Below are positions 13,749-26,385 of a stretch of DNA of 64,000 nt, one piece after another. Numbering within the stretch: position 1 is the stretch's first letter; every line of letters begins with the position of its first letter. The notes under the pieces are model-generated. The model saw only the letters and a program-made list of their open reading frames with translations. It was not told where the DNA came from and ran no database searches. Location: NCBI GenBank assembly GCA_021613535.1, contig CP075495.1:14136001-14200000 (forward strand). Reading direction: 5' to 3'. The translations under genes were made by a program, and so were the position numbers. Source of the DNA: Adineta vaga (Eukaryota; Animalia; Rotifera).

Positions 13749-15269
13749 ATGCAGATTCAATTGACGATGGAAACTATTGGTATGAAAAATGAAAAATTTT
13801 CCGAGAATGATGCAAGTTTAATCTGTAAAAACTCATTTTCATCATGGATTCTCGATTATTATTTTGCAAAGATTGATTCAAATGAAAGAAATATTATTGG
13901 ATTTGATGATATGTTTAATATTTACAAAAAACTTCCGGTATCTTCATGTTCAATTATGGACTTATGTAAAAATAAATTACAACAAATTGAGAATGATTTC
14001 ATGTTGAATAATTATCAAAAATATTTGAATCAATGTAAATTAAATGATATTATTGATATATTTCTTCAATGTCAATTTGAATCAATGGACAAGACAATAG
14101 TTATATCAATCGATAGTTTCAAAAATGAGATGGATCAATTATTTTTCGAATATTTATTAAATAAATCATCGGTAAAATGTGAAATTGATGATCTGAAAAC
14201 TAAATTAATGATTACAAAATCTACGAAGACTTTCAATCAACAAATAAATAATAATGTAAGTTTTTGTAAAAGTTAACTAATCTAAAACAATCTCTGCTTC
14301 TTCTTCTCCTTCTATAGAATGATTTGAAACAAACATTATGTACATATTTATCATTGTTAATGAATATTCATGATGAGCATGTACTTCTTCATTGTCTTCG
14401 TACAAAGTTTGATCGAGAAATGATTGTTGATTTAGAAAATTTATCGAAAAATGAACAAGTAACAATGTATGAATATCTTGGTGAATTTCTTCAACGAAAA
14501 GAAAATACATCGTCTGAACAAACTCTTGATAAATATTATGTTAATCTTAAAGAATTTGTTGATTTAATTGACCAATTACAAATGATTATCAAGAAAAGTC
14601 ATCGGTCTATCTTTAGTCAAATACTCCGACAATTATTGGATTTAATCATGAAATATTTACAAAAAGAAGATGATAAAATTCTCACAGAAATTCTTGAAGA
14701 TTTCTCTCAATGTTTTCAAATAACATCCTCATTTTTAAATTTGACATCACCAAATCAAGTTCGTAGTTTATTTTCATTTTCGACTATTCGTATTTCTATT
14801 CTTCTAGTCTGCATTTTCAATTCGTCGTTGTTTCCGTCGATCCATCATTTATCTTTGTGCAAAACAAGCAATCGGGCAATCGAAATCTTTCATAGATATT
14901 CCATCAACAAAGATAAATCAACAAAAATCACGGTAAATAACGAAAGGTATCTATTTTCTAATTGAATTTCTTTCGATCTGATTTAGAAAATTACAACGAT
15001 GTTTTGATTTACCAACAATTGATGAAATAGATGAGAAAACTGATACAAATAATCAAGTACAAACGATTGTTAAACGACAAGCATTACGCGTACTTGATGT
15101 AAATTCATTTGATTCTGATGAACGAGAAATTTCATCTGAAAATTCAATTCAATTAACATTAGTAAGTGATGGTGATAAAGAAAATGTACCAGTGATAACG
15201 AAAAAACGACGAATGAATTCAACAAAAATCGAACCATCACATAAGAAACAGAAGAAAATCGAAAATTAA
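13749..15269 (+). CDS. Uncharacterised helical protein with C-terminal D-box-like, KEN-box and NLS-like motifs
   Basis: Four exons join in frame through GT-AG introns; C-terminus ..KRQALRVLDVN..DKENVPVITKKRRM..HKKQKKIEN*. No family recognised. Confidence 0.6.
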
Positions 15270-15990
15270 ACATCTTCCAAATGAACACAAAAAATCACTT
15301 CCTAGTTGTATTTTTTCCAATCAATGAATTAATTTATCGACATATAGAATTCTTTCCTTTCTACTCTCAATTCTTTCAAAACTTTTTTTTCTATTTTTTG
15401 TTACTGTTAGATATGATATATTTGAAAATGTCAGATATAGATTTCAATCAATTGAATATGTTCAATATTATTGTTATATACTTAGGCAACTTACTCAATT
15501 TGAGCTTCTCCTTTTTTTTCCTATGAGAAAATGTTAGATAAGATTTTTTTTTCTTTCATATGTATCGATGTTATTTTTTGATACGTTCTAAACAATAAAT
15601 ATGTATTAGTCAAATATGTCTAGAAATGAATAACGAAGTTAAATTCACTGAAAAAAAAAGTTCGATTAAAAAAAAGAAGTGGCGCCATCGTTCGTATGAC
15701 TTGAAATGAAATTTGGAAAACTTGAGAAGATTTTAATGAAGAAGATGAATTCCAATTGAGTTTTCAATTATTTGATTGAATTTGTATATATGTTCATCGA
15801 TTTTGGCATATTCTCATTTTTCATTGGTGCATTTCCTTTGTGGTCTTTGTTACGATCAGACTGACGACACTGGCAATCGCGTTCTTTTCACTCACATTTT
15901 TCTTTATTATTTTCGATTGAATTCATTTCAATATAAATATATAAACATCTGATTTTTTCTTTTTGTATTTCAGAGCAGCAGTGTTCTATC

Positions 15991-17430
15991 ATGCCTTCTC
16001 AGTTTAATATTGATGATTTTGAAAGACTGAGTAAAGTTGGAGAAGGTATATTTTTGTATCAATTCTTCTGGTTTTTTCATGACAAAATGTATTCTTTTTC
16101 GTTAAAACATTAGGTACTTATGGTATAGTATATAAAGTCTGTCATCGACCAACATCACAAATTTATGCTTTGAAAAAAATTCGATTAGAAGGTGAAGATG
16201 ATGGCGTACCAGCAACAGCTATTCGAGAAATATCAATTTTAAAAGAACTTCGACATCAAAGTATTGTGCAGTAAGATTGAATGAAAGATGATATTCAACA
16301 GGATCCATGAATTTTTGTTCTCTTTTATATTAGACTTCGTGATGTTATTCTGACAGATGCTCGACTTTATTTAATATTCGAATATTTGGCAATGGATTTA
16401 AAGAAATATTTAGATTGCTTAGGTGAAAATGAAGAAATGGATGCTGTATTGATTCAGGTATGGAGTAAAAACAAAACACAAGTTTTTGTAGAAAAATTTT
16501 CTTCTATTTTTAGAGTTATATGTATCAAATAACCGATGCATTACTCTTTTGTCATTGTCGACGAATAATTCATCGTGATTTAAAGTAAATTCGAGATCGT
16601 CCTCCTTTCATTATTATCTGAAATAACTTTTATTCTTAGACCACAAAATCTTCTTGTAGATACAAAAGGTATTATCAAACTTGCTGATTTTGGTTTAGCA
16701 CGAGCATTTAGTGTTCCATTGAGAATTTATACGCATGAAGTGAGATGAAATGAACAAGATCGTTTTCATCAATAATCGATTGATTCTATTTAGGTTGTGA
16801 CATTGTGGTATCGTGCGCCTGAAGTATTACTTGGTGCTTCACGTTATTCATGTCCAGGTATGCATAGGAAAATTGAGGTTTTTGTTTTTCTTCAATAAAA
16901 CAACTTGGTTCTATTTTCATAGTTGATGTTTGGTCTGTCGGATGTATTTTTGCTGAAATGTATACGAAACGTCCATTGTTTCAGGGTGATTCGGAAATCG
17001 ATCAACTTTTTCGTATTTTTCGGTATGAATTTGATTCATAAAAATTAATTTTAATCTCGAATATTATTAAAGAACACTCGGTACACCAACGGATGAAACA
17101 TGGCCTGGTGTTGTATCATTACCAGAATTTAAATCATCTTTTCCACGATGGAAACAAACCAGTGATCTTTCATCCTTACTCAATGATCGAATGCGCGATG
17201 ATGCACTTGATTTACTTCTTGTTTGTTCATCGATATTCTTCGTTTTCTTTCATAAATTATCCGAGTTTTTTTTCTCGTTTGTCTTTTAGAAAATGCTTGT
17301 CTACGATCCAGTACGACGTATATCAGCTAAACAATGTCTTAATCATCCTTATTTTAAACAATTTGACCCACAAAATCTACCTGTACCGGCACCCGTTGTT
17401 GTACCTGTTGTTAAAGAGGGAGCTAAGTGA
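15991..17430 (+). CDS. CDK1: Cyclin-dependent kinase 1 (PATAIRE variant)
   Basis: [101 protein letters not shown]; nine exons. Confidence 0.9.
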
Positions 17431-19054
17431 TATTGAATGTCTGAGTATGTGTGCATACGTGTTTGTCTTATTTGTTCATTGTTATGTCAGATATCTTTTT
17501 TTGTTCCTTTTCCTAACTGATATATGTTCTTATAATTCTCCTCAAATTTTCTTCTTTCTCTTTATCTTATATTCAAAAATACTTCGTACTCATAACTGTT
17601 GACTTATCTGTTCATTTTTTTTTCTTTTTCTCTCTATTCCTAAATCAATCACACATATACTTTTTTTAAATACGATGTGTAGATTGAACTATTCGTTCTT
17701 CTTTTTTTGTCACGCGTACGTATGACGTGAAAAATAATGAACCTGTACAAAGAATGATAACATAAAATACTTTCACAGAAGAAATACATACGCATATGAT
17801 GATTATTAGTATTTCATCGTTTCTTTTTCGTCTCAACTTCTTAATGAAATATGAATGATAAATATATTTTCACACTTCTTTTTCTTTAATTAATACTTAA
17901 TGAGCCCGCAAACAATAGAATATAACGTTGTTTTGCAAATCACCATTGCAAATTAGTCAAGATTTGAATATATGTATATGAAGAAATCATATTTTATAGA
18001 CGAATTAATTAGTGCTTATCGGATGTATTCAATGAGAAATTTATTGCCCAAAAAAATAAGTTTGATAATGAAAAAAAAACGACTTATGCATATCATATAA
18101 CTGAATCGTTCGCGTCATTGTTAATTATTTGTCGATTGACTAGTTGAAGTTTGATTTGAATTTTCATTATTTCCTGATTCAGTTGACTGATTCATTGTTG
18201 TAGTTGATGTTGAATCAGTTGAAACAGAATTTTCTTCTTGTTTTTTATCGCGTGTGCTACGTATCCAATGAAAAGAATAAACAATCGAAGACATTATTTG
18301 TATTTTCGTCAAATAACCTTTATCGGTACAGATATACTTTCTTTTTTTATATACTCTGATAAAATAGACGTTCGTCTAATTTCGACTTTCGAAAAGAAAA
18401 GAAAAGGACAATCATCTATGTTATATGTTGTACGGTACATGAACTTCGTACTTTGTACTTTTTTTTACATGAATTGTTGAATTTTTACTATGAAATATGA
18501 AAATAGCATTCATTGTGTGACTGTATATATGCGTGTTATTTGTAAAAGATAGATTAAGTACAGCATTCGTAATCAAACGACTCGTTAATGTTATTGAATA
18601 AATTCAAATTGCGTTTATTCAATACTGTCTGGTGAATCCGTTCATGTACCTAGTAAATAACTTCGTATTTGATTTTTCATTCGTTCTTCGCACTATACTG
18701 AAATGATCGAATTTTGAATGGAAAGAAAATACTTCAAACAGGTTCGCAATGAGAGTAGAAGCACGCGTTGTAATCATACAACTGTGTTGATAAGAATCAA
18801 TTATTGTTGCATATAAATACTATTAAATTATGATAGACGAATAAAATGCCGTAATTTGGATTTATGACTAGTGTGCGAAAGACAGTATTGACCTATGTTG
18901 ATTCACAAATGCAGATAAATATGTAAAAAATACAGGGAATAACAATCTGTACGAATAATTTTTCTTTTCTATTTACTATGACAGAAATAGTATGTGAAGA
19001 ATATGTTTTAAATATGTTAAATGTCAAAGAAATATCTTAGATATCATATTCAAT

Positions 19055-19205
19055 AGCGATGTATTGTGTACTTGAAATCATATCTAGTCGAATTCTTTCT
19101 CTACATAGCACGAACATTTGTTATTGTAACATCTCCTTTCACTTGCAAAGCTTGAACAGCTTGATATGGTACACGATGTCGATAAGTAAACCAAGGTTGA
19201 CCACT
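19055..19205 (-). pseudogene. Isolated last exon plus 3'UTR of galectin A (third copy)
   Basis: Near-identical to ~21470-21618 and ~33895-34042 (GQPWFTYRHRVPYQAVQALQVKGDVTITNVRAM*); homology stops abruptly at ~19205. Confidence 0.85.
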
Positions 19206-19217
19206 ACAATTCAAACA

Positions 19218-19810
19218 GTTCGATGCTAAAAACAGTCGACAATAGTGAGAGTAAAGAATAAATAATATTCATCCCGTTTCAAAAATTCATGAGCTTAATT
19301 GCTATTCGTGCTTTAAGAAAATATCAGTATATCTAAGCTGATCATTGAGCTATTTCTAGTTGCGAAAAATCGGAAAAGTTTGTAACCATGTCTATTCCGT
19401 CTGCCTTTAAGAAATTATTTTATATTATCTGTATATCACACAAGAAGTTATCCGTAACAATCCTACGACAAGGATACTATCAAGATTGAATATTTATGTT
19501 CAGAACAGTTATACATTGCCTTTTGTCATCTCAAAATTAAATGGTTTTCGAAAAGGTAATTTTTCTATCTGTGAACATAATAGAAAATACAAATAAGTGA
19601 TAATGTAATTGAAATCAGACGTAGCTTTTTACGAAACCAACATTGCAGAAGATCTGCTTATTTTGTTCAATATCTCTTTCCATTTTGTGTGTTATACTAT
19701 AAGAACGGCAAGCAAAGTCTTGTTGTATCTTGTGCTTTTTATGTGATATTAATAAATAGAAATAATTTTTTTATATAGATCTCTCCAGAAACTACATGCC
19801 GATTCGAACA
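19218..19810 (+). repeat. ~590 bp direct repeat, copy 1 (partner ~25793-26385)
   Basis: ttcgatgctaaaaacagtcgacaatagtgagag...tacatgccgattcga present at both loci with scattered substitutions. Confidence 0.9.
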
Positions 19811-19821
19811 TTTACAAACAT

Positions 19822-20108
19822 ACGTAGGATATCCTTGGGCAGGATTCGACTTTTTCTTGAGCCGATTCGTTGCAACATGCGTTCCAATCATATTGACACT
19901 GGATCCAAGTAGAACTTGATGAGCTCTATCCGTTCCAAAAATCAAACTTTGAAAAAGTCCCCCCTTCACCCTAAAAACGCAAAAAATCGCAAAAAGACAC
20001 CTAAAAAACGATCAAAATTTTACAAAAGCCGTGCGGATTCGCCTAAAAACCACCTAGCTCGATTCCGAGACTGGTTCCAGATCTAGCTCGACGAGCTCTA
20101 GCGGTTCC
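19822..20108. mobile_element. Probable non-autonomous DNA-transposon remnant
   Basis: GC-richer ~290 bp insert with repeated ctagctcga and agctcgacgagctct palindromic motifs, at a junction between unrelated duplicated blocks; only one end visible. Confidence 0.45.
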
Positions 20109-20409
20109 AATCATAAAAAATTGCATATGTGGCAATGTCAAGTACTAGTTGTTTGATAGTTGGTTGTCCTGATGCATAGGTTATTAGTAAATCATGAATT
20201 GTTTTTTTTGATTGTATTTGAAAAGATGAATTGATTGTTTGACCATAATTAGTAATAGTTAAAAAGAATCGAGTCATCTTATGAATATTAAAAGATGGAG
20301 TTGGCATTATACTTATTCGATCTGCATTACATGAAATAGATGGTAATTGAAAATTGGTGCATGTTATTTTTTGGTCACAAGGTAAGCGTAATAGTGTAGC
20401 CTTCAATAT

Positions 20410-20661
20410 TCTTACTTATATAATTTTTTCGTGTATTAGTTATTCGTGCTAACACTCAATAAATTTTTGATGTTAATAACGGATCAGTTTCGTTATCAAC
20501 AGATAAAGTACTAGCCAACATCTTAATTAAAAATCAAAATGAAGAAAAACCGTTAATAGACGTCAGATGATTATACAGATTACCTCCTCTGCTTCATCAT
20601 CTTGACCAGCTTTGAATAATGATAAAGATGTGTAGCTGATTTCAAAAGTTGTACGAGCCAT
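20410..20661 (-). pseudogene. Truncated copy of exons 1-2 of the TPR-only SGT1-like gene
   Basis: MARTTFEISYTSLSLFKAGQDDEAEE/MLASTLSVDNETDPLLTSKIY*: 7-codon deletion, in-frame TGA, downstream exons absent. Confidence 0.8.
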
Positions 20662-21515
20662 ATACATAGAGATTAGAAAAATCAGAAATGAAGAAGAAAT
20701 AGAATAATTTAAACGTTAGTGAATGCACAAGTGTACAGTATGGAAACAGATGTATATTCAAAAAGTGGGGATTTTTATTTAAATAAAGCAAAGAGAGAAC
20801 TAATAATACAGAACGAGATGGAAAGGACAGAAAAGGTCAATGCGAATAAGGCAGCAATCACAAGATATTTTAATAAAAGTAATATTATATATTAAGATGT
20901 CAATTGATGCAAGCACAATCTTTTTCTGTACTTGAAAATGTGAAAAATGTTCAAACAATTTTAGGAAATCAAAACTATTTCTGAACTTCTGTGACACTTG
21001 ATAAGAAAACATAATATAAAGTAAAAATAATAGATAATAGATAATATCGTATACTTGTCCAAAACTCTTTTTTCTTTTGAAATCGAATCAATCAGCCATT
21101 CTACAATTAACTAGAATCGAGAAATATATAATTTTTTATGTTGCGAAACATTTTCAAGTTCGGATAGATCCAGTTTTATTAAAGTTTTAAAATTCTTTTC
21201 AAAATATTCCTATACATAAATGGATTGAACAAAGGTTTTCTTTTGTTCTGATTTATTTATATGGACACAGATCGCTAAAAAGTTATTTTTTCTATTAGTA
21301 TTCAGTTTATTTGCTTTTAAATCATTACAGTTGATGACAATTTACATTCAACTGGAAGTAAACTAATGACAATATAAGCAATTTAATCAAGATGAATTTA
21401 GAATTATTATATATAAAAGAATGTTATATTTAACTCAACATGATTCATAGTCTTTTATTTTTTCTTAATAGCTATGTATTGTGCACTTGAAATCGTATCG
21501 ACTCGAGCACTTTCT

Positions 21516-22418
21516 TTACATAGCACGAACATTTGTTATTGTAACATCTCCTTTCACTTGCAAAGCTTGAACAGCTTGATATGGTACACGATGTCGATAA
21601 GTAAACCAAGGTTGACCATTGCAGTTTACCTATTCAAATACAAAACAAATCAGTACAAATTCTATCATTATCATCACGCCTTGTTTTACTTGGTAGTGTT
21701 CAGGATAACAGATGAGTTGAATTTCAAAATCTTGTCCTGCTTGTAATGGAAATCCTCCTTGTTTTTCTTCAGCACCCCATCCACCACCTTGACACGAGTT
21801 ACGAACAGCTTCACGTTGATCAAATCGTGGATTGAAATGAAACGCAACATCACCACCTTGATAAGTACTTGTCAATAAATTGAATTCAAAACGTGATGCA
21901 CCATGATTTGATCGACCGTTGATATATAACACACGACCTGCATTGTTATGCAATAACAACAATCACTTCACATTATCAACTTTTTTGATTAGATCAACTT
22001 ACCAGCAAACATATTGATAGGAAGCGGAGTTTCCTAGAAACACAAGAAAGAAAGACAAAAAGGGTTGAAAACAAAGAACAATAAATCTTTCTGACCATCG
22101 AGAATCGCCATGGTTGACCTTGTTGACTGAAACCTGGATAGATTTGAACATTTGATAGATTAACGTCGCCTTTAACAGTCACACTATCAGCAGCATTGAA
22201 TGGCATTCGATGATTGAAATCAGCTATGTGCTGATTATTCACTGCAATCTTAACAAGCAAAGATGATCATGTCACCCGATATTATCTGGTAAAAGTGAGT
22301 CTTACTTTGAAATCTTGTTCTGTGACCGTGATGGTGATGTTGAATGATTGACCATGAGAAATAGTCAATGGTTTTCGTTCTCCATTTCCCCAACCACCAC
22401 TTGGTGCAGCATTTAATA
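21516..22418 (-). pseudogene. 5'-truncated copy of tandem-repeat galectin A
   Basis: Retains the C-terminal CRD and half of the N-terminal CRD (WGNGER instead of WGNEER). Promoter, start codon and the HVNPR segment are replaced by a MITE at ~22412. Confidence 0.85.
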
Positions 22419-22905
22419 AGCCCCCTCCCAGAATAAAAGCACATCCTATAACAAAAGCCCACCCGGAATAGAAGCCCATTATCAATGTTATAATTTTCCA
22501 AATATAATAGAAGCCCACCTAACCAGAAATGCGCGTATAATGAGACAAAAGAAAGCAAATTATTTCGTTGATAGGATGAAATTCTTTTCAATAATATGTT
22601 CAACTGATACACACTTCAGTTTGTTTTCTTCTTTCTACATACATTTTCAAACAATCTATTTCCTTTCGTTCTGTCTATGTTTCTTTTACTAGAGAAATTT
22701 TTCGTCAGCTATTAACATTGTAGAATACAAGAAAGAATTTCTTGTTGTCGTGATGATATTATAGTTACGACTGCTTTTAGATTTATACAGATCGTTGTAG
22801 AAATCCGAAAAAAAGTACCTTAATATAAACCCACCTTTGGACTTATAACTTTCCGGATATGTTAGAAGCCCAGTGGGCTTCTATTCTGGGGAGAGGTTTA
22901 ATAAA
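22412..22905. mobile_element. MITE with ~30 bp imperfect terminal inverted repeats
   Basis: Left end tttaataagccccctcccagaataaaagc; reverse complement of right end tttattaaacctctccccagaatagaagc; subterminal (t/a)a(g/a)aagccca repeats; non-coding interior. Confidence 0.8.
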
Positions 22906-23972
22906 GAATTCAAACTGCACAAGAACACATTACTAACTGTGATATAAATGCTATTATAGCATTCTTATTCGTCGAGTTTATTCATTATTCAAGTAGTACA
23001 AACATGAATCATTTTATAAGAAAATAATACTAGTATGTGAAACGCTGATTTAGAGAAAATATTGATTAATTAATCTTTCCACATTTCTAAGAAATAGATC
23101 GGTAAAGTACATAGCAATAAAATCATATAAAACATTGAAAGATGATTGTTAAGATTTTCAAATACTATATATTTATCTTGATAAATCATAGAAAAAATAT
23201 TTACAAAACAACGAAAGATGTGAGGAAAGAAAATTAAACGGGAGTTTGACTAGAGAATTCGACATATTCACAAATATATTTGACATTGACATGACTGTTT
23301 TTCTAAACAAAAAGATGCACAAATGAGAAATGAAAAGCAATATTTAAATGATTATTATTTCAAAATCTGATAGCTAATCAATACTAAAATCTTTTAAATT
23401 AACAATCAATTACCTGTTTGTATGTATAAAGGAGCTAATGTAATCTTTTTGCAATGTATTTAACAAACTTACTCAAGCTATTCTAACACATCTATATAAA
23501 TAGAAGGAGAATACTAAAACATGATATCTAAACGCAAACGACCTATGTAAAAAGAATAACTAGTCTTTTCCCTTGTCTATTGCATCGAAAAACATTCTAT
23601 ATTTATATGATGAGAACACAAGGCAAATCAATTTCTTGGTTTCCTATAATTTCTCATGAATTTTGATGATATTGAGAAAAGCAAGACAAATCGGCAGAAT
23701 TAGTATAAAATATGTTTACTTCCTCTCATTAAATACTTAGTAAATCTAAAGATATATATTCATTATAATTATAATTCTCGTTGGTTTCTACCAGATTCCA
23801 TTTATTTTCGATAGTCTATCATTATTTCAAGTTGATTCTCATGTAGAAATAATTTTCCTTCGTCTTAAGATAATTAAAGACTATTTAGATAGTTAATATA
23901 ATGCTATTGATTCTCGAATAAATAAAAATAAAAGAAATGATCAAACTCACCGTCCTTTGTACTTTTACATAT

Positions 23973-25449
23973 TTATTCAATTTTTTCATGCTGTACAGTA
24001 TTTAATAACCATGATTTTATCTTTTGACATATATTCCAATTTGAATCTACTAAAACAGATAGATATGAACGATCATCAAGATATTGAAGTTATTTTTATC
24101 TAATAAATCTTCGAGATACAACTGTTTTACTTATTAAAGATCTTGAATTTTAATTCTATTGACTTTGTTTACTCTCCAACATCTTTTCAAAGCTTTTCGA
24201 TAGGTAGATCAATTGAGAGCGGAAAGAAAATACAAATAATAATTGACAATCGTTATTTCTTATAAATATGTATGCACTCGCTATCATAGAAGTGATAATC
24301 ATCGCTTACTTTTCAATTTTGATTCACTTATTTGCGGTTGAACATCCGGTGACTTTCTAATAAATCCTAATCTAAATACCTTGACAACGACCTGCGCAGA
24401 AACGAACAATCCACATAATTATAAGGTGGATAAAGCACAATTTACTTCAAAATCGTCTATATCTATATCGGCACACAGTATATTAATTGGAAAAGGTGTA
24501 TTCACTTTCAAAGAATACAATTTATCTTCAGAAAGTAGCATGATCTTAATAACATCCTAGAAAAAATAATCATAAAACTACCTTGTAGGACAATTTATGG
24601 GAGACACTTACATCTGTTTCCATTCTAACATGAACATGTTCTTCCTCAATACCAATAATTGGAATTTTAATGATAAATATGCTTTCTGTCAGATGCGTAT
24701 GATATCTTTATTAAATAGAAGTGTAATAACGACAATAACGATATTTTAAAAACATACTCAATTTCATCGGAATTCGAAGCAACAATCGTATTCCAGATAC
24801 CTCCCATATCATCGGATGTTTTCTCTAAACGAAAGAGCATGGTTGATAATCGTAGTTGCAAAAGAAAAATAAGAGATGTTAGCATCTCGTGATGAAATGG
24901 AGAAACATTAAATACATACTATTCATTGCTGTTTTGCACTTGTCAAGCAATTTTTTCAAAGCTGAATCTGAAAGTAAATTAGGTCAAAGATAGAAAAAGA
25001 CAATTTTTAGAATCACTTCTTACAAGTAGGGTCGAATGAAAGACCACGAGTAAATATTTCACAAGCTTTTTCGAATTCTCTCATATAATACAAGGATTTA
25101 CCTTGAAAGTAATAGCCTTGGACATGTGTTTCATCTGTTTGTAGAACAGTTGTACTGTCTGCTAATGCATCTGAAAACAAGAAGATAAAAAGTGAATGGC
25201 TGTACAAAAAAGCCAACTTGATTACCCTTATAGTTTTTGAGATGAATCGAACATGCAGCACGTAGATCCAGTATAATCAGTTTTTGATAGATATCGTCTT
25301 GGTCTACCTCATTCAAGGTATCGGTGAGCAACTGCGATAAAAAATATTAACAAAAAGAAATAAAATTTAAAACAACCAACATTGTAGGCGTTCTGATATT
25401 TCATATCGTCCATTGCTAAAAGAGCTTGATAGGTTTTATCATTGGTCAT
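23973..25449 (-). CDS. SGT1/SUGT1-like co-chaperone paralog: TPR plus CS domain, no SGS domain
   Basis: Spliced model MTNDKTYQALLAMDD..LRAACSIHLKNYKDALADS..GYYFQGKSLYYMREFEKACEIFTRGLSFDP..LLDKC (TPR), then IEYHTHLTESIFIIKIPIIGIEEEHVHVRMETD..YSLKVNTPFPI (CS; compare SGT1 IKYDWYQTES..YNLKLELLHPI), ending IDSNWNICQK..HEKIE*. Last exon choice is uncertain. Confidence 0.7.
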
Positions 25450-25792
25450 GATTCGTTCGCATTAATTAGTGATCTAGTGTGTTGGTACGGAAAAAAAGTC
25501 CCGATAAAATTTTTTATCAATAATTGGCAATTGTCAATTGTAAAAGGATCGGATCGAAGGAACGGAACTAGAAGAAAAAAAGAAGAAAATAAATATACGC
25601 AAAAATGTTTTCATTTGTTGTTCACGTATCTTCCTGCAAAGTTTTATGATAGATGGCGTAGGGTGGCAGTCGTGATCGAATGCGATGAGTTAAAAAGTGT
25701 CATCTACTTCTCATATGAGTCGATTGTAGAGAAAAAGGTACATGGCAATAAAGAGTTTTATCAGTGATATACGAGTCGATTCAAATCAATCA

Positions 25793-26385
25793 GTTTCGAT
25801 GCTAAAAACAGTCGACAATAGTGAGAGTAAAGAATAAATAATATCCATCCCGTTTCAAAAATTCATGAATTTAATTGCCTTTCATGCTTTAAGAAAATAT
25901 CAGTATACCTAAGCTGATCATCGAGCTATTCCTAGTTGCGAAAAACGGGAAAAGTTTATAACCATGTCTATTCTGTCTACCTTTGAGAAATTATTTTATA
26001 TTATCTGTATATCACGCAAGAAGTTATCCGTAACAATCCTACGACAAGGATACTATAAAAATTGAATATTTATGTTCAGAACAGTTATACATTGCCTTTT
26101 GTCATCTCAAAATTAAATGGTTTTCGTAAAGATCATTTTTCTATCTGTGAACATAATAGAAAATACAAATAAGTGATAATGTAATTGAAATCAGACGTAG
26201 CTTTTTACGAAACCAACATTGCAGAAGATCTGCTTATTTTGTCCAATATCTCTTTCCTTTTTGTGTGTTATACTATAAGAACGGCAAGCAAAGTCTTGTT
26301 ATATCTTGTACTTTTTATGTGATATTAATAAATAGAAATAATTTTTTTATATAGATCTCTCCAAAAATACATGCCGATTCGAGCA
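25793..26385 (+). repeat. ~590 bp direct repeat, copy 2; lies upstream of the TPR-CS gene
   Basis: Matches 19218-19810. Confidence 0.9.

Larger units (their letters stand above)
20401..22418 (+). repeat. ~2.0 kb segmental duplication, copy 1 (partner 32805-34841)
   Basis: Both copies begin cttcaatattcttacttatata and end ..ggtgcagcatt.aata; they share duplicated ORFs in the track; one 21 bp indel near 20617. Confidence 0.95.

Noticed and set aside
18121-18720. Small minus-strand Ser/Thr/Asn-rich ORF with apparent upstream exons
   Set aside because: I could not build a phase-consistent model without stops; it may be non-coding or a relic.
22420-22880. Repeated agaagccca units as a CRISPR-like array
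   Set aside because: Irregular spacing, inverted orientation at the right end and eukaryotic context; explained as MITE subterminal repeats.
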